From the IMG/VR virus record IMGVR_UViG_3300031938_000007, positions 1 to 47,329 of that record: a DNA stretch of 47,329 bases. One strand, given 5' to 3'. The notes under the pieces are model-generated. The model was given only the letters and a program-made list of their open reading frames with translations, was not told where the DNA came from and searched no databases. Positions 16,644-24,830 of the stretch are shown here, one piece after another; positions within the stretch are counted from its first letter, which is position 1; the number at the start of each line of letters is the position of its first letter. Origin of the DNA: a virus (Duplodnaviria > Caudoviricetes). The position numbers and the translations under genes are program-made.

Positions 16644-19559
16644 TTGATGGACGAGTTCTACAACGCGCAGTTTGCGGCCAAGGTGCGCAGCATCGTGTCG
16701 AAGATGGATGCAGATGAGGCCGAGATGTTCATGCGGCTGGCCACCTACGACACCTTGATGGCTGACATCGAGGCCAACCGGCGCACCCTGGAGCGGCACA
16801 CCGCCGCGGTGCACAAGCGGCTGGCCGACACCGTGGCCAAGGCCGCCGTCTCGCTGGTCTCCAAGGGAGCCGTCGACGGGGCCAAGCAGGCCGCTGCGGT
16901 GGTGGGTGTGGTGTCCAAGGGCAGCACCCCCTACGAGGAGCTCTACCACCGCGAGCAGCCCCGCGGGAAGGGCGGCCGCTGGTCGGTGTCCATCTCCCGG
17001 GAGAAGCAGGGCAAGACCCCCAAGGGCAAGAAGTACCAGCGCGGCAACGTCATGGTCGGCCCGGAGTTCAACCTCACCTCGGCACTGGCCGAGACCGGTG
17101 GGCGCACCACCGCCTTCCAGGACTCCTGGAACAAGTCCGACCCGCTGTACGCCTCGACCAACAAGCGCACCTACGACCGGATCGCCGCCGGGTCCCAGGC
17201 CCTGCACGGGGTGGGCGGGCCCAAGATGCAGGCCGCCACCGGGGTGGCCGGGTTCTTCGGCAAGTACGGCCCGGAGGCCGAGAAGGTGGTCGGTCCGCAC
17301 CTGCGCCGCACCGCCTACCGCTACCGCGGCACCGAGCGCACCCCGGACAGCGCGTTGATCCAGGCGGCCAACACCAACTCCAAGAACCTGATGCGCTACG
17401 ACGAGACCGACGAGCTCACCCCGGCGATGCGTACCCACGCCTCGCAGCGGGCCGCCGCGGGCTACCTCATGGAGCGTCTGCCCAAGAAGAAGTGGACCAA
17501 GCTGCAGCAGGCCAGCGGCAAGATCCCGCCCTCCGAAGGCGTGATCATCAATGCCGATGGCAAGATCATCACTCAGGCCGTGGGGTACGCCGACGACCAC
17601 TACCTGCCCTTCAACCTGAAGAATCTGAAGGGCCTACAGGGAGGGCACTATGTGCGCTCCCGGTCCCAGGGCGGGCTGACCACCGAAGACATCTACACGG
17701 GGTTGGTGTCTGGCGCTCGATCCGTCACGGTGGTCAGCCGCTCTGGGATCTTCACGATCAACTTCGAGGACGACTTCCGCGGCGGCCGTCGCTACAACGA
17801 CAAGGCCGCCCAGATGGTGAGCCGCTACGCCTCGACCCTGGATGCGGTGAAGTCCGAGACGGTCAGCCGCCGGTCGCTGTCCCCCGAGGAGCGGGCCGAG
17901 ATCCGCGACCAGGTGGAGGGTGAGTACGCGGGCTTCGGGATGCCCTCCACCGAGCTGGAGGACCTGATCAAGGAGCGCGAGGACGAGTACAAGAGCCGTC
18001 CCACCTTGACCAAGGCCGAGCTGGCCGACATCGATGCCCGGGCGCGCAAGGACAACGACGACGACGAGCGCAAGTACAAGATCGCCCGCAGCGAGCTGAT
18101 CAGCGCGGCGCTGGACAAGAAGGCCCAGCGCAACTACCGGCTCGACGGGGAGGGCTACGCGGCGTCCATGGAGGCGCTGCGTGAGCAGTTCCCGTACTAC
18201 ATCGCCAACGTCGAGTACAAGCACCGCGACCCCGAGCACGGCACCGTCGAGGACCCGTTCACCAACGAGACCGACAAGGGCTACGTCAAGCCGCGGTACA
18301 TCCGTCCCGAGGGTGCCAAGGAGGGCTACTTCGACGACACGATCACCGGGCGCAAGAAGATCAGCGCCGACCGGCTCAACTACGCCAACTGGGCCAACAA
18401 CCCCGAGCGGGCCCACGCCGGTGGTGCACGGCTGACCCCGGTGGAGCAGGAGAACGCCGAGGACGCCAAGAACCCCCTGGCGCGAGAGGCCAAGCTGCGC
18501 GAGCAGATCGCCCAGGGCCAGGCCCAGACCCGCGGCAACGAGTCGCTGCAGAAGCTGGCCAAGCTCTACCAGAGCAACTTCGATGAGCTGCCGCCGATCA
18601 TCACTCGGGCTGCCGGGGACGACTTCGACTCCATCGCGAACAACGCCACCAAGCGCCAGGAGCTGATGGACGAGCTCAACAACGTCCAGACCAAGATCGA
18701 GGGCGACCCCAAGCACGCCGACGTGCACGAGAAGGCCCGGGCTCTGTTCGTGGCCGTCGAGGCCATGCGCGGCGGGTCGATGTACGACGAGGCCAAGGCT
18801 GCCGAGAACCCCAAGACCCCGTTCGCCTTCGACAGCGACAAGGGCAGGCGGGTCGGGTATTCCGGTGCCGCCAACGCACCGGAGATCGAAGCGGAGTGGC
18901 GCCGGGTGGCTCCTGGCGCGCTGTTCAACGTCCAGCCCGGGGACAAGACCCAGGAGGAGCTGGGCAAGCTGGCCGCCATGTACGGCTACATGGGCCACGC
19001 CCTGCGCCAGGGGCTGGATGAGTCCTTCGCGGCCAAGGCTGCCGGGTACGGCGCCACCGCCGAGCAGATCCGCAGCGTCATGAGCGTGGCCAACCGTGGT
19101 GGCTCGGAGGCGGAGAAGCGGGCCAAGGCCATCCTCAAGCAGTCCGAGGCCTTGCACCGGCTGCGCAGGCTGCAGGCCAACCTGGACAACCTGGACAGCG
19201 CCTCGTCGCAGGCGTCGGGCAAGGACCTGGCGGTGCGCAGCAAGCAGCCCCAGGAGACCCCGGCCCAGACCAGCCAGCTCGGCAACACCAACTTCAACCC
19301 CACGGTGAGCGACGTGCTGGGGGTTGCCCAGTCCAAGTTCCGCGAGGCCGCTGGCGCGGCGGCCAAGGGCGGCAACAAGGACGTGGCCGGGGTCTACAAC
19401 GTGATCGCCCGGGCCCTGGGTGACCACAAGAGCGGGGCCCTGGACAAGGCGATGATGAACCGCGACATCCAGGACGCCCTGGACGAGCTGAAGCCCACCG
19501 ACGCGACCCTGGTGCGCGGGCACCTCAAGCAGCTCGGTGTCGACCCTGACGAGGACTGA
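16644..19559 (+). CDS. Large putative internal head protein (about 970 aa)
   Basis: RBS CAGGAGG; directly upstream of MuF; N-terminal cluster of VxK sites, then PRGKGGRW motif; central degenerate JAB-like segment. Confidence 0.7.
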   Translation: MMDEFYNAQFAAKVRSIVSKMDADEAEMFMRLATYDTLMADIEANRRTLERHTAAVHKRLADTVAKAAVSLVSKGAVDGAKQAAAVVGVVSKGSTPYEELYHREQPRGKGGRWSVSISREKQGKTPKGKKYQRGNVMVGPEFNLTSALAETGGRTTAFQDSWNKSDPLYASTNKRTYDRIAAGSQALHGVGGPKMQAATGVAGFFGKYGPEAEKVVGPHLRRTAYRYRGTERTPDSALIQAANTNSKNLMRYDETDELTPAMRTHASQRAAAGYLMERLPKKKWTKLQQASGKIPPSEGVIINADGKIITQAVGYADDHYLPFNLKNLKGLQGGHYVRSRSQGGLTTEDIYTGLVSGARSVTVVSRSGIFTINFEDDFRGGRRYNDKAAQMVSRYASTLDAVKSETVSRRSLSPEERAEIRDQVEGEYAGFGMPSTELEDLIKEREDEYKSRPTLTKAELADIDARARKDNDDDERKYKIARSELISAALDKKAQRNYRLDGEGYAASMEALREQFPYYIANVEYKHRDPEHGTVEDPFTNETDKGYVKPRYIRPEGAKEGYFDDTITGRKKISADRLNYANWANNPERAHAGGARLTPVEQENAEDAKNPLAREAKLREQIAQGQAQTRGNESLQKLAKLYQSNFDELPPIITRAAGDDFDSIANNATKRQELMDELNNVQTKIEGDPKHADVHEKARALFVAVEAMRGGSMYDEAKAAENPKTPFAFDSDKGRRVGYSGAANAPEIEAEWRRVAPGALFNVQPGDKTQEELGKLAAMYGYMGHALRQGLDESFAAKAAGYGATAEQIRSVMSVANRGGSEAEKRAKAILKQSEALHRLRRLQANLDNLDSASSQASGKDLAVRSKQPQETPAQTSQLGNTNFNPTVSDVLGVAQSKFREAAGAAAKGGNKDVAGVYNVIARALGDHKSGALDKAMMNRDIQDALDELKPTDATLVRGHLKQLGVDPDED

Positions 19560-21538
19560 TGAGTCAGCCCCTGCTGGACCCCTCCCCGAACCTGGCCGGG
19601 GCCGAGCTCACCCCCGATGAGCAGGCCCTGGCCGATCGGATCGACCACCCCAACCCGGACCACTCGCTGGTCCTGGTGGCGGCGGGGCTGGGGGCTGCCT
19701 TCCTGCTGTACCACAGGTACCTCAAGCGGCGGCTGAACCAGGAGATGAAGGACAAGGACCCCTCGGACCTGTCCCTGGTGGCCCAGGCCACCGCCAACGC
19801 CTTCATCCCCCGCTGGGTGCAGCTGGTGGCCCCGCACCTGGTGGCGGGCTACCTGGAGGGGCTGGCCCAGGCCCAGGCCGGAGATATATCCCAGGAGTAC
19901 CTGCTGGACATCGCCGAGGGGTATGCCGCCGAACTGGGGGCCTCGCTGAACGAGGTGACCATCGAGGCCGCGGTCTCGGGGTTCCACGCCCAGGTCAACC
20001 GCAAGGTCCCGCCCCGCAAGGCGCTGAGCAACGTGGTGCACGCCATCGGCACGCCACCGCGCACGATGAACTCGCTGGTGACCATCTGGACCGGTGAGGA
20101 CCCCAAGGTGCTCTCCGCCTCCCCGGTGTCCTCACGCCGTGACGCCAAGGCCGACGCCATCATCGACAAGGCGCTGGCCACCAGGGCCCACCAGATCGGG
20201 GAGAATGAGGCCTGGACGGCCCGTAGCCAGGCCAAGCAGCTGGTCTGGATGTACGGCATTCAGAAGGGCACCATCCCGCCCGAGGCGACCCGGGTCTGGC
20301 GCACCGCCAAGGACGAGCGGGTCTGCGCGGTGTGCGGCCCGTTGCACAAGGTCGAGGTGCCGATCGCCCAGCCGTTCGTCACCGACGCCGGGAAGTTCTG
20401 GTCGCCGCCCACCCACCCGAACTGCCGCTGCGACATCGACCTGGCCTTCGACGTGACCAGCCTGTTCCGCCCGGTGCGCGAGGAGGAGCTGGTCGGCAAG
20501 AACTTCGGCGACGACCCCTACGACCGGGACCGCCACGGCCGGTTCTCGCGCCAGGAGTCCCGCTCCAAGGCCAAGCCCAAGCTGGGGTTCAAGGACCCGG
20601 CCCCGCGGGTGAAGCTGACCCCCATCACCATCCCGGACGTTGTCGAGGGGCAGCAGGAGCTGCCCCCGCTGCCGGGCACCCTGCCGCCGCTGCCGGGGGT
20701 GCCGGTCTCCCTGGGGCGCGACAAGCTCGGCCGCTCCTCCCTCAAGCGGGTCTCGTTGAACGCCAAGACCTCACTGAGCGAAGTCGGCCAGGAGAAGACC
20801 TCGCTGGACCAGCCCAAGCGCGGCCTGCCCAAGGTCTCCCTGCCCAAGGCTCGCTTCCCCTCCGACGACGTCGTGCGCTCCTCGCTGGGGATGGACAAGC
20901 CCGCCCCGGTCCCGCCGGGCAAGAGCGACCGCTGGGTGGTCGGGGAGATGCCGCTGTACACGGTCCTGGTCCCCGGCTTCAACCGCAGCGGCGACCTGGC
21001 CCACATCGACCAGGACCAGCTCTGGGTCAAGAACGGGATGGTGCCCAAGTCCCTGCAGGGCTACTGGGAGTCCTGGGTCGACCAGCAGCTGGGCTACTTC
21101 GACGCCGGTGACCTGGCCTCCAACCAGTACCACTACACCGACCCTCGCACCGGCCGGACCTGGATGGTCAACCGGAACGCCTACGCAGAGACGCTCAACT
21201 GGTACCTGCACGGTGACGAGGAGCGCGACCAGCCGATGATCGAGGTCTACCGGGGACCGGAGACCGGGCAGTACGAGACCAAGCTGGTGCCCGCCGGGGT
21301 GCTCTCGGACGCCATCAGCCTGTCCGACGAGATCGACGAGGCCACCCCGACCATCATGGTGAGCGACTACATCAACGTCGAGGACGGGGAGATCCACGAC
21401 TCCAGGGCGACCTGGAGTGCCCGCAACCCCGGCACCTTCCGTGCGGTCAGCGCCCGCAACCAGGGCGGCAACGACTTCTCCAAGACGCTGCCCTACGACG
21501 TGGTCTACTTCGAGCCCAACGACCTGTTTGACTTCTGA
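19559..21538 (+). CDS. MuF-like (phage Mu protein F / SPP1 gp7) minor head protein with C-terminal extension
   Basis: VWRTAKDERVCAVCGPLH...PPTHPNCRC signature; about 350 further residues after it. Confidence 0.85.
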   Translation: MSQPLLDPSPNLAGAELTPDEQALADRIDHPNPDHSLVLVAAGLGAAFLLYHRYLKRRLNQEMKDKDPSDLSLVAQATANAFIPRWVQLVAPHLVAGYLEGLAQAQAGDISQEYLLDIAEGYAAELGASLNEVTIEAAVSGFHAQVNRKVPPRKALSNVVHAIGTPPRTMNSLVTIWTGEDPKVLSASPVSSRRDAKADAIIDKALATRAHQIGENEAWTARSQAKQLVWMYGIQKGTIPPEATRVWRTAKDERVCAVCGPLHKVEVPIAQPFVTDAGKFWSPPTHPNCRCDIDLAFDVTSLFRPVREEELVGKNFGDDPYDRDRHGRFSRQESRSKAKPKLGFKDPAPRVKLTPITIPDVVEGQQELPPLPGTLPPLPGVPVSLGRDKLGRSSLKRVSLNAKTSLSEVGQEKTSLDQPKRGLPKVSLPKARFPSDDVVRSSLGMDKPAPVPPGKSDRWVVGEMPLYTVLVPGFNRSGDLAHIDQDQLWVKNGMVPKSLQGYWESWVDQQLGYFDAGDLASNQYHYTDPRTGRTWMVNRNAYAETLNWYLHGDEERDQPMIEVYRGPETGQYETKLVPAGVLSDAISLSDEIDEATPTIMVSDYINVEDGEIHDSRATWSARNPGTFRAVSARNQGGNDFSKTLPYDVVYFEPNDLFDF

Positions 21539-21861
21539 GGTTGAGCCGGGCTGCTGGTGCCCAGGGCGCGGTACTTCACGAAGGTGTAGATCCGAAAGAT
21601 CAGCAGGGCGTCGATCGCCAGGGCCAGGACCAGCTGTATCAGGTTGTCCGGGGACCAGAACGGCTTGTGGGCCAGTCGGTCGAAGCTGGTGGCCAGGGTG
21701 ATGGCGGAGCGCACGTAGAGCAGCCCGATGATCACCACCCACCCGGTGGCGTTGATGGCGGCCGGGCGCAGCCAGTGAGCCGGACGGTGCAACGTCAGGA
21801 ACGTCGCGGAGCTCAACAGACCGATGCCGATGATCACGCACCAGGTCACGTATAGGGGCAC
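21505..21861 (-). CDS. Membrane protein (3 predicted TM helices), holin-like
   Basis: Three hydrophobic helices; RBS-like GAGG upstream on the minus strand; third gene of a reverse-strand triplet. Confidence 0.65.
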   Translation of the reverse strand: MPLYVTWCVIIGIGLLSSATFLTLHRPAHWLRPAAINATGWVVIIGLLYVRSAITLATSFDRLAHKPFWSPDNLIQLVLALAIDALLIFRIYTFVKYRALGTSSPAQPQKSNRSLGSK

Positions 21862-21863
21862 GA

Positions 21864-22112
21864 TCAGTTCCTCTGGGAGCTCGACGTGGAGTAGTACTTC
21901 AAGAATTGCTCGCAGAGCCAGTCATCGTAGTGATTGGCCACGTTGTGCTCTCGTATCCGCCGAGCGACCTTGTTTGACTCGGTCAACCTGCGTTGGGCGC
22001 GCTCAAGATCACTGTGGGCCTGGACCAGGGACTCCTGCGAGGAGCTCTCGGCTCGCTGTGCTTCCCCTGGTTCCTTGGTTCCCCTGAACCAACGCAACAG
22101 GGAGTCCATCAC
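21864..22112 (-). CDS. Small coiled-coil protein
   Basis: Coupled to the upstream minus-strand gene; ...RRIREHN..NH(Y/F) pattern seen in actinophage lysis-associated triplets. Confidence 0.6.
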   Translation of the reverse strand: MMDSLLRWFRGTKEPGEAQRAESSSQESLVQAHSDLERAQRRLTESNKVARRIREHNVANHYDDWLCEQFLKYYSTSSSQRN

Positions 22113-22450
22113 GTACTCCTGGTCTGTCGGGTCTTGCGGTGGTTGAGCTCTTCGAGCAGCGACGCCGTGGTCCGGGCGGTCTCCAACGCTGCCTCCGCTC
22201 GCTCTTCGGCCTTGGCCAAGGCCACACGGGTTAACTGATGAGCTTCCTGTTCGTTACTGAAGGCTGACTTCCAAGAGTCCCGGTCGGTCTCAACCATCTT
22301 GCGGAACCTGGAGGGTTCCAGTACTCCAAGGATGATCAACCCCAGGACGACCCCTCCGGGTCCCCATGTGATCAGAGTAGACACCAGATCGGTGCTTGAG
22401 GGCCCTGGGCTGCTGGCAGTTAAAACTGCCGCTGCTGCGTAGATGAGCAA
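22109..22450 (-). CDS. Membrane protein with C-terminal coiled coil
   Basis: TM segment GPGGVVLGLIILGVLEP then RDSWKSAF..EQ coiled coil; RBS AAGGGG. Confidence 0.65.
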   Translation of the reverse strand: MLIYAAAAVLTASSPGPSSTDLVSTLITWGPGGVVLGLIILGVLEPSRFRKMVETDRDSWKSAFSNEQEAHQLTRVALAKAEERAEAALETARTTASLLEELNHRKTRQTRST

Positions 22451-22539
22451 CAGACCCCCTTGACCTCATTTTCGACGGAGTTTCCTGCCTCAAGCGTAGA
22501 AAGACCAACCAGTCTTGCGGGCCGCTCGATGATTGAGGC

Positions 22540-23430
22540 ATGGAGATGAATGCCCGTGCCCTGAGCGCCGCCGGGGGTGACCTGGCAGAGATCGCCAAGC
22601 TGCTTTACGGCGACGGGGCCTGGGAGTTCGTCGCCAAGCGGAGCCTGGATGAGGAGAGCAAGAACCGCACCCAGGCACGCATCGGACTGGCCACCAACGT
22701 GCTGGGAATCACCGCCGGTGGTGCCGCTCTGGGTGGGGAGATCAAGCGCACCAGGCAGGCCTTCCAGGGCGCTCCCAAGCCCGGCGACATCAAGGTGCTC
22801 AAGGCGCCGGGACGGTTCAAGAAGCTTGGTGTGGCCGGGGCGGAGTTCGCCGCCAAGCACCCCAAGGGACTGGCCCTGGCCGGGCTGGGGTTGCAGGGTG
22901 CCAACCTGGCCGGGGATGCCGTGGCCAACCGGGTGCTGGCCCGCAACGCCAAGAAGCAGGTGGCCAAGCGCCAGCTCACCGAGGTGCACGACGGTGAGGT
23001 CTCCAAGAACGTCGAGATCGACACCACCTTCGAGATCTCCAAGGTCAACGCCGACAAGCGCCAGGTCTTCGGCTGGGCCTCGGTGATCACCATGAACGGA
23101 GAGCCGGTGGTCGACCTGCAGGACGACTACATGGCCATGGAGACCATCGAGAAGGCCGCCTACGACTACGTGAAGTCCTCGCGCAAGGGCGGCAACATGC
23201 ACGCCCGCAACGGCGAGGAGCCTCATCACGTCAGCGACATGATCGAGTCCTTTGTGGTGACGGACGAGAAGAAGGAGAAGCTCGGTCTGCCTGCCGACTT
23301 CCCCACCGGCTGGCTGGTGGGATTCCAGGTCAACGATGACGAGACCTGGAATCAGGTCCGCGACGGCAAGCGCACCCAGTTCAGCATCCATGGCTCCGGA
23401 CAACGGGTGACCAAAGTGCTGGACCGATGA
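22540..23430 (+). CDS. XkdF-like prohead (capsid maturation) serine protease with basic Gly/Ala-rich N-terminal extension
   Basis: ISK...KRQVFGWASV...VVDLQDD...IEKAAYDYV...GNMH...IESFV...GWLVGFQV.D.ETW..V..G....FSIHG.G. Confidence 0.85.
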   Translation: MEMNARALSAAGGDLAEIAKLLYGDGAWEFVAKRSLDEESKNRTQARIGLATNVLGITAGGAALGGEIKRTRQAFQGAPKPGDIKVLKAPGRFKKLGVAGAEFAAKHPKGLALAGLGLQGANLAGDAVANRVLARNAKKQVAKRQLTEVHDGEVSKNVEIDTTFEISKVNADKRQVFGWASVITMNGEPVVDLQDDYMAMETIEKAAYDYVKSSRKGGNMHARNGEEPHHVSDMIESFVVTDEKKEKLGLPADFPTGWLVGFQVNDDETWNQVRDGKRTQFSIHGSGQRVTKVLDR

Positions 23431-24830
23431 GCAGCATCCGCCAGGAGCGGGCCCTGTACAAGGAGCACGGCTCCAAGGCCAAGGACGCCAAGATCGCCCA
23501 CACCGCGCAGATCGCCGGGTTCACCGGCCTGGCCGCCGGGCTGGGTGGAGCTGCCCTGGCCGGGCGGGGGGTCAACGCCGGACGAGGAGCCGCCTGGGCG
23601 GCCAAGAACGCCAGAGGTCGCAAGGGCGTGACGTGGCTGGCCACCAAGACCGGCGCCCGGGTGCCGAACCAGAAGTTCGAGCGAGCCGTCACGGGCTGGC
23701 CGCAGGCCGCGGTCGGTGGCTATGGCGGCGCCGTCGCCGGGAACGAGATCAGCGGTCGCAAGCAGTACAAGGGCTACCGCCGCACCCAATACGGACTGGC
23801 CCCGGTGGGCCGCAACAAGAAGAGTCAGGTGACCAAGAGTATGAGCACTGTGTCCGTCTGGGGTGTCGACCACCTCGAAGAGGTCAGCAAGAAGGCCCAG
23901 CGCGAGCCCCGTGAGAACGCCAGCTTCGGCCGCATGGCCACCGCGGCGGTGTTCCCCGGCTGGCACGCTGCGGCGGCTGGCCGCAAGGGCAAGAAGCTGC
24001 GGGCTGCCGGATACGAGCTGGGTGGCGCGCTGGTGGTTCCCGCGGTGGGCGGCGGCGTGGGTGCGCACTTCGCCCACAAGGAGGGCTACTACAAGAACCA
24101 GAAGGTGCACAAGGCCTTCACCCCGGTGCTGGCGCGAGCGGCAGGCATGCCGAAGATCCCCAAGCCGCCGACCGGACCCAGCGTGGCCAACGGCCTGAAG
24201 CAGATCGGTGGGATGGCCAAGCCCACCGGGGTGCCCACCGGGGCCTCGCAGGGCCAGTTCGGTGCCGCCGCCAGCCGGATCAAGGGGCGGTCGAGGTTCA
24301 ACGCAGGTCAGCAGTCCGCACTGGGCAACCGCCTAGGCGTCAGGAAGAACATGGAGAGCAGCGTGGGCGTGTCGGTGTGGGGCGTGGATCACGGCCCGGA
24401 GGACATCAGCAAGGACCTGGTCGGCAACAAGAGCTTGAAGAGCCAGGGGGCTGCCTTTGCCCAGCCGGGGGCGCGCAGGCGAGCGGGCAAGGTTGCGGGC
24501 CGCGAAGGCGCGTTCTTCTCTCCGAACGGCACCAACCGTTCGGCCAACTGGCACCAGCTCGGTCGCTCGACCGCCAGAGGCGCTGGGATTGGTGCAGGCG
24601 CCGGTGCCGTGGTCGGCACTGCACTCACGCGTCGCAGGAGCGGAGCTGTGGTTGGCGGCACGATTGGGGCCGAGGTGGGCGCGATGGGCGGCTCATTTCA
24701 CGCCCAGGAAAAGATCGGCACCCGCGCACGCGCCAAGGCCTGGAACGCCGGGGTCAAGAGCGGCGACATCCAGACCGGTCTGAAGTCCAACCAGATCACT
24801 GCGTTCAGTGGGCGTCGGCAGGGACGATGA
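23427..24830 (+). CDS. Highly basic Gly/Ala-rich modular protein with two SVWGVDH motifs
   Basis: Coupled to the protease; glycine-zipper segments (GAGIGAGAGAVVG, GAVVGGTIGAEVGAMGG); VxK sites. Confidence 0.75.
   Translation: MSSIRQERALYKEHGSKAKDAKIAHTAQIAGFTGLAAGLGGAALAGRGVNAGRGAAWAAKNARGRKGVTWLATKTGARVPNQKFERAVTGWPQAAVGGYGGAVAGNEISGRKQYKGYRRTQYGLAPVGRNKKSQVTKSMSTVSVWGVDHLEEVSKKAQREPRENASFGRMATAAVFPGWHAAAAGRKGKKLRAAGYELGGALVVPAVGGGVGAHFAHKEGYYKNQKVHKAFTPVLARAAGMPKIPKPPTGPSVANGLKQIGGMAKPTGVPTGASQGQFGAAASRIKGRSRFNAGQQSALGNRLGVRKNMESSVGVSVWGVDHGPEDISKDLVGNKSLKSQGAAFAQPGARRRAGKVAGREGAFFSPNGTNRSANWHQLGRSTARGAGIGAGAGAVVGTALTRRRSGAVVGGTIGAEVGAMGGSFHAQEKIGTRARAKAWNAGVKSGDIQTGLKSNQITAFSGRRQGR

Noticed and set aside
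8881-19523. Long antisense or alternative-frame ORFs over the portal and the 971-aa gene (8881..10782, 5' part of 9720..11558, 16068..17600, 17634..19523)
   Set aside because: Typical GC-rich shadow frames, with no motifs or plausible RBS.
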